Below the pieces are notes generated by a model. That model did not search any database. It was not told where the DNA came from and was given only the letters and a program-made list of their open reading frames with translations. Shown here piece after piece: positions 59,660 through 64,000 of a stretch of 64,000 bases of DNA (positions are counted from its first letter, which is position 1; the number at the start of each line of letters is the position of its first letter). The translations under genes were made by a program, and so were the position numbers. The stretch lies in assembly GCF_004010195.1 (NCBI RefSeq), contig NC_057759.1:5207047-5271046 (forward strand), in the 5' to 3' direction. This stretch comes from Chiloscyllium plagiosum. Taxonomy: Eukaryota.

Positions 59660-62600
59660 TGGATAGTCATCATGGTATTATGCATAGGGAATCATGTCTC
59701 TAACTCGACTGAGTTTTTTTTTCCATATATGAACAAAAGGATTTATGAAGGCAGAGCAGTGGACAGTGCTTGAACGAACTTCAGTAAGCTTTGACAAGGT
59801 TCTGCACGGTAGATTGGTTAGCAAGGTTAGATCACATAGAATACAGGAAGAACAAGCCAATTGGATACAGAACTTGCTGCAAGGCAGGAGACAGAAGGTT
59901 GCTTTTCAAATGGAAGGCCCGTGATCAGCAGTGTGTCAAAAGGATCAGTGCTGGGTCCACTGTTTTTCATCATTTAAGTGAACAATTTGGATGTGAATAT
60001 AAGAGGTATGGATTCCTAAATTTGCAGATAACACCAAAATTGATGGTAAAACAGACAGGGGAGAAAGTTATTTCACAGTACAATTGGACCTTGATCAGAT
60101 GGGTCAAAGGGCCGAGGATTGGCAGTTGAAGTTTAATTTAGATCAGTGTGAGGTGTTGCATTTTAGTAAGGCAAATCTGGGCAGGAGTTACAAAACTGAT
60201 GGTAGAGTCTTGGGAACTATTGCCAAACAAAGAGACCGTGGAGTGCAGGTTCATATTTACTTAAAAGTGGCATTGCAGATGGAGAACATAGTGAAGAAGG
60301 CATTTAGCTTGCCTTTATTGGTTAGTACATCGAGAATAAGAGTAATGGTTTGGTTAGGTCACTTTTGGAATACTGCTAACGTTGGTTAGGTCACTTTTGG
60401 AATACTGCTAACGGAATGATGTTGTGAAACTTGATTGGGTTCAGAAAAGATTTACAAGGATGTTGCCAGGTTTGGAGCTTTGAGCTGAAGAGGCTGGAGC
60501 TGTTTTCCCTGGAATGTTGGAGGCTGAGGGATGTTTATAAAATCATGAAGGTCACGGATAGGATTAATAGCCAAGGTCTTTTTCCCAGGGGAGGCGAGTC
60601 CAAAACAAAAAGGCACAGGCTTAAAGTGAGAGGGAAAAGATTTAAAAAGGACCTAAGGGACACCGTTTTCATGCGGAGTGTGTTGTGTGTATGGAATGAG
60701 CTGCCAGTAGAAGTGGTGGAGGCTGGTACAATTACAACATTTAAATGGCATCCGGATGAGGACATGAATAGGAATGAATAGGATAGGGGAGAAAGTTATT
60801 TCACAGTACAATTGGACCTTGATCAGATGGGTCAAAGGGCCGAGGATTGGCAGTTGAAGTTTAATTTAGATCAGTGTGAGGTGTTGCATTTTAGTAAGGC
60901 AAATCTGGGCAGGAGTTACAAAACTGATGGTAGAGTCTTGGGAACTATTGCCAAACAAAGAGACCGTGGAGTGCAGGTTCATATTTACTTAAAAGTGGCA
61001 TTGCAGATGGGATTTAGAGGCTTTAGAGGGAAATGGGTCAAATGCTGGCAACTGGAACTAGGTTAGCTCGAGATACCTGATTAACATGGATGAGTTGGAC
61101 TGAAGTGTCTGGATCAGTGCTGTGCATCCTGTTGACTGTAAGTCAGAAGTTTGATGGACTTGAAATGTTAAATCTGAACTTTTTAATCTCTCTCTCCACA
61201 GACGTTGCCAGAGTTGCTGAGTTTCTTCTGCACTCTCAGGTTATGTTTCAGATCTCCCACACCGACAGTACTTTGCTTCAATTGCGTAAACACTGGCATT
61301 AGTGCTGACACTATGGAGTTCATCAATATGTAATAAAATAGGGACTGGGACTCAACATACCTTCTCATATTTGTAGAATCATCACTTGCCCTGAAAATAC
61401 ACAATTAGACACAATCAATAAGTTTCATGGGTCTTACGTGAATAAAGGGAAAACAATTCAATGGTTCCATCTTTGAAAATTGTTCTATCCAAAAGTCATG
61501 CTTTAAAATACAACCAAGTGATGTATCCTAGGCATTTGGTATGCTTTCCTTTATTGGTCAGAGTATTGAGTACAGGAGTTGGGAGGTCATGCTACCTTAT
61601 AGAGGTTTACAAAATTATGATGGGCATGGATAGGATAAATAGGCAAAGTCTTTTCCCTGGGGTCGGGGAGTCCAGAACTAGAGGGCATAGGTTTAGGGTG
61701 AGAGGGGAAAGATATAAAAGAGACTTAAGGGGCAACTTTTTCCATGCAGTGGAGGGTACGTGTATGGAATGAGCTGCCAGAGGAAGTGGTGGAGGCAGGT
61801 ACAGTTGCAACATTTAAGAGGCATTTGGATGGGTATATGAATAGGAAGGGTTTGGAGGGATATGGGCCAGGTGCTGGCAGGTGGGAGTAGATTGGGTTGG
61901 GATATCTGGTCAGCATGGACGGGTTGGACTGAAGGGTCTGTTTCCATGCTGTACATCTCTATGACTCTAATGTCTTTTCCATTATCCAAAGAAAACTGAA
62001 TTGGGATGTAGACTCAGGTCTGATATGGAGAGATTTTTCATCAGGATGGAGAATCGAAGGTCTTAGGGAAAAATGATCAGATTGGCCATGAACTCATCAA
62101 ATGGCTGTGCAGAGTCGATGGGCTGAATGACCTACTGCTGATGCCATGCTTTAACGTGAAGGCACAGGCTTTCATTTCTTCAGTGGTTATGCATAATACA
62201 GCTCATTTGTTGAGATCCCGTAGTAGGTTTTTGTACAAAATATGGAGTTTCTATATTGAAGGTGATTTACTGGTTTGGATCAGAAATTGGCTAGCTGAAA
62301 GAAGGAGGGTGGTGGTTGATGGGATGTATTCATCCTGGAGCTCAGTTACCAGTAGTGTGCCATGAGGATCTGTTTTGGGGCCGCTGCTCTTTGTCATTTT
62401 TATAAATGACCTGGATATGGGCATAGAAGGATGGGTTAGTAAATTTGTGGATGACAGTAAGGTAGGCAGAGTTGTGGATAGTGCCAAAGGATGTTGTGGT
62501 TTACAGAGGGACATAAATAAGATGCAGAACTGGGCTGAATAGTGGCAAATGAAGTTTAACGCAGAAAAGTGTGAGTAGTTTATTTCAGAAGAAATAACAG

Positions 62601-63325
62601 GAATGCAGAGTACTAGGCTAATGGTAAAATTCTTGTCAGTGTAGATGATCAGAGAGATCTCGGTGTCCAGGTGCCTAAATTCCTGAAAGTTGCCATCCAG
62701 GTTTATAGGTTGTTAAGAAGATATGTGGTGTGTTGGCGTTTATTGGTAGGGGGATTGAGTTTTGGAGCCAGGAGGTCATGTTGCAGCTGTACAAGACACT
62801 GGTAAGATCCCACTTGGAGTATTGCATACAGTTCTGGTCACTGCATTACAGGAAGGATGTGGAAGCTTTGGAAAGTGTTCAGAGGAGATTTAGTAGGATG
62901 TTGCCTGGTTGGAAGGAAGGCTTTACGAGGACAGGCTGAGGGAACTGAGGCTGTTTTCGTTGGAGAGAAGGAGGTTAAGAGGTGACTTAATCGAGATTTA
63001 TAAGATAATCAGAGGGTTAGATAGGATGGACAGTGAGAGCCTTTTCCCTCAGATGAAGGCTAACACGAGGGGAAATAGCTTTAAATTGAGGGGTGATAGA
63101 TAAAGGACAGATATTAGGGGTAGATTCTTCACTCAGAGAGCAGTAGGGGCATAGAACACCGTCTGCAACAGCAGTAGACTCGCCGGCGTTAAGGGCATTT
63201 TTAATAGGCATTGGACATACATATGGTTAATAATTGGTTAGATGAGCATCAGCTTATTTTTGCAGGTCGGTGCAACATCGCGTGCCGAAGAGCCTGTACT
63301 ATGCTGTAACATTCTATGTTCTATG
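59660..63325 (+). mobile_element. CR1 fragments (59660-61140, 61530-61968, 62220-63325)
   Basis: ORF2 C-terminal motifs and characteristic 3' ends. Confidence 0.85.
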
Positions 63326-63349
63326 TACTTGTTTGTGTCAGTACTTGAG

Positions 63350-64000
63350 TAAAAACGTGTGAATCTGTGTGCATGAGCGAGTGTGTGCATGCGTAAGTGT
63401 GGATGTGTGAACAGCAGTACGCTTGTGTGCGTGAGAATCTGCATTTGAGAGTGTACCGTGAGAGAGTGGAGTCCGTGTGTGTGCGCGCGTGAGAGAGTGG
63501 AGTGTGTGTGTTTGCGTCTGTGTGTGAGAGAGTAGAAGGTTATGGGTGTGCACGTTTTGTGAGAGAGTGTGTGCAAGAGTGTGGCTGTGTGTGTCTGAGA
63601 GGGAAAGACACAGACAGAGATGGAACAGGTACCGATCAAGAAAAGCAGAGAAAATGAGTGAGAGGGAGAGAGACAGGCAGCCAGAGACACAAGAAGGCTA
63701 AAGAAAGAGAGGGAAGCAGGGACAATGGTGGAGAGACAGAGCGCGAGAGCGAGAGCGAGAAAAAAAAATGGAGAGATAAACAGAAAAAAAAAGGTAGGGA
63801 GATCGAGGACCGGACGAGCGCGAGATAGACAGAGTCAGCAGGAGTCAGATGGAGGAAGAAGAGAGATGGTAATTAAGAGATCAGTTTTCGCAGAGAGAGA
63901 GATTATGAGTGAGAGGGATAGCAAGATACAGAGACAGATAGGATGGACAAAGAGCGAGTATGTGTGGGAGCAAGAAAAAAAAGGGGGAAACAGTTGGGAG
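63350..64000. repeat. (GT)n/(GA)n low-complexity tract
   Basis: Dinucleotide-rich; paralogous to 25255-26135. Confidence 0.9.

Larger units (their letters stand above)
48137..61390 (-). pseudogene. Paralog B of the FcR-like receptor (pseudogene): mini-exon 61390-61361, Ig1 57787-57512, Ig2 48425-48137; exon 1 presumably lies beyond the window end
   Basis: Homologous exons and introns. Lesions: CGA>TGA in the mini-exon, Ig1 F-strand Cys>Tyr (YRY), +1 frameshift at the Ig2 start (289 vs 288 nt), TGA in place of CAA at the Ig2 end, and donor GT>AT. No TM/tail exons seen. Confidence 0.88.
48060..64000. other. Segmental/tandem duplicate of ~16400-26150, interrupted by copy-specific TE insertions
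   Basis: Colinear intronic homology, approximately: 16950-17430~48910-49350, 17894-19400~49675-51177, 19400-20420~55410-56323, 21200-23190~57800-61080, 24740-25180~61080-62150. Confidence 0.85.

Overview
Repeat-dense vertebrate genomic DNA, most likely from a shark (HE1-type tRNA SINEs, CR1/HER1-type LINEs and Penelope-derived elements; this is inferred from repeat recognition). The main content is an 8-exon minus-strand gene (29144->4966) that I reconstructed by hand. All seven introns are GT-AG and phase-compatible, and the spliced CDS is 1158 nt (385 aa). It encodes a type I Ig-superfamily receptor of Fc-receptor-like (FcR/FCRL/LITR-like) architecture: a split signal peptide with a 30-nt mini-exon, two Ig domains, an uncharged TM and a ~153-aa tail with five tyrosines (one canonical ITIM, further Yxx-hydrophobic motifs and a terminal NPxY). 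A tandem paralog lies upstream (exons at 61390-61361, 57787-57512, 48425-48137). It carries several independent disabling lesions and no visible TM/tail exons, so it is a pseudogene. The rest is transposons and repeats: a near-full-length CR1 LINE with TSD, many CR1 fragments, SINEs, a solo LTR, a truncated Gypsy element, a Penelope GIY-YIG fragment, many short Penelope-derived elements with minimal hammerhead-ribozyme cores and 13-15 bp TSDs, mini/microsatellites and four assembly gaps. Most ORFs in the supplied track are repeat or LINE artefacts.
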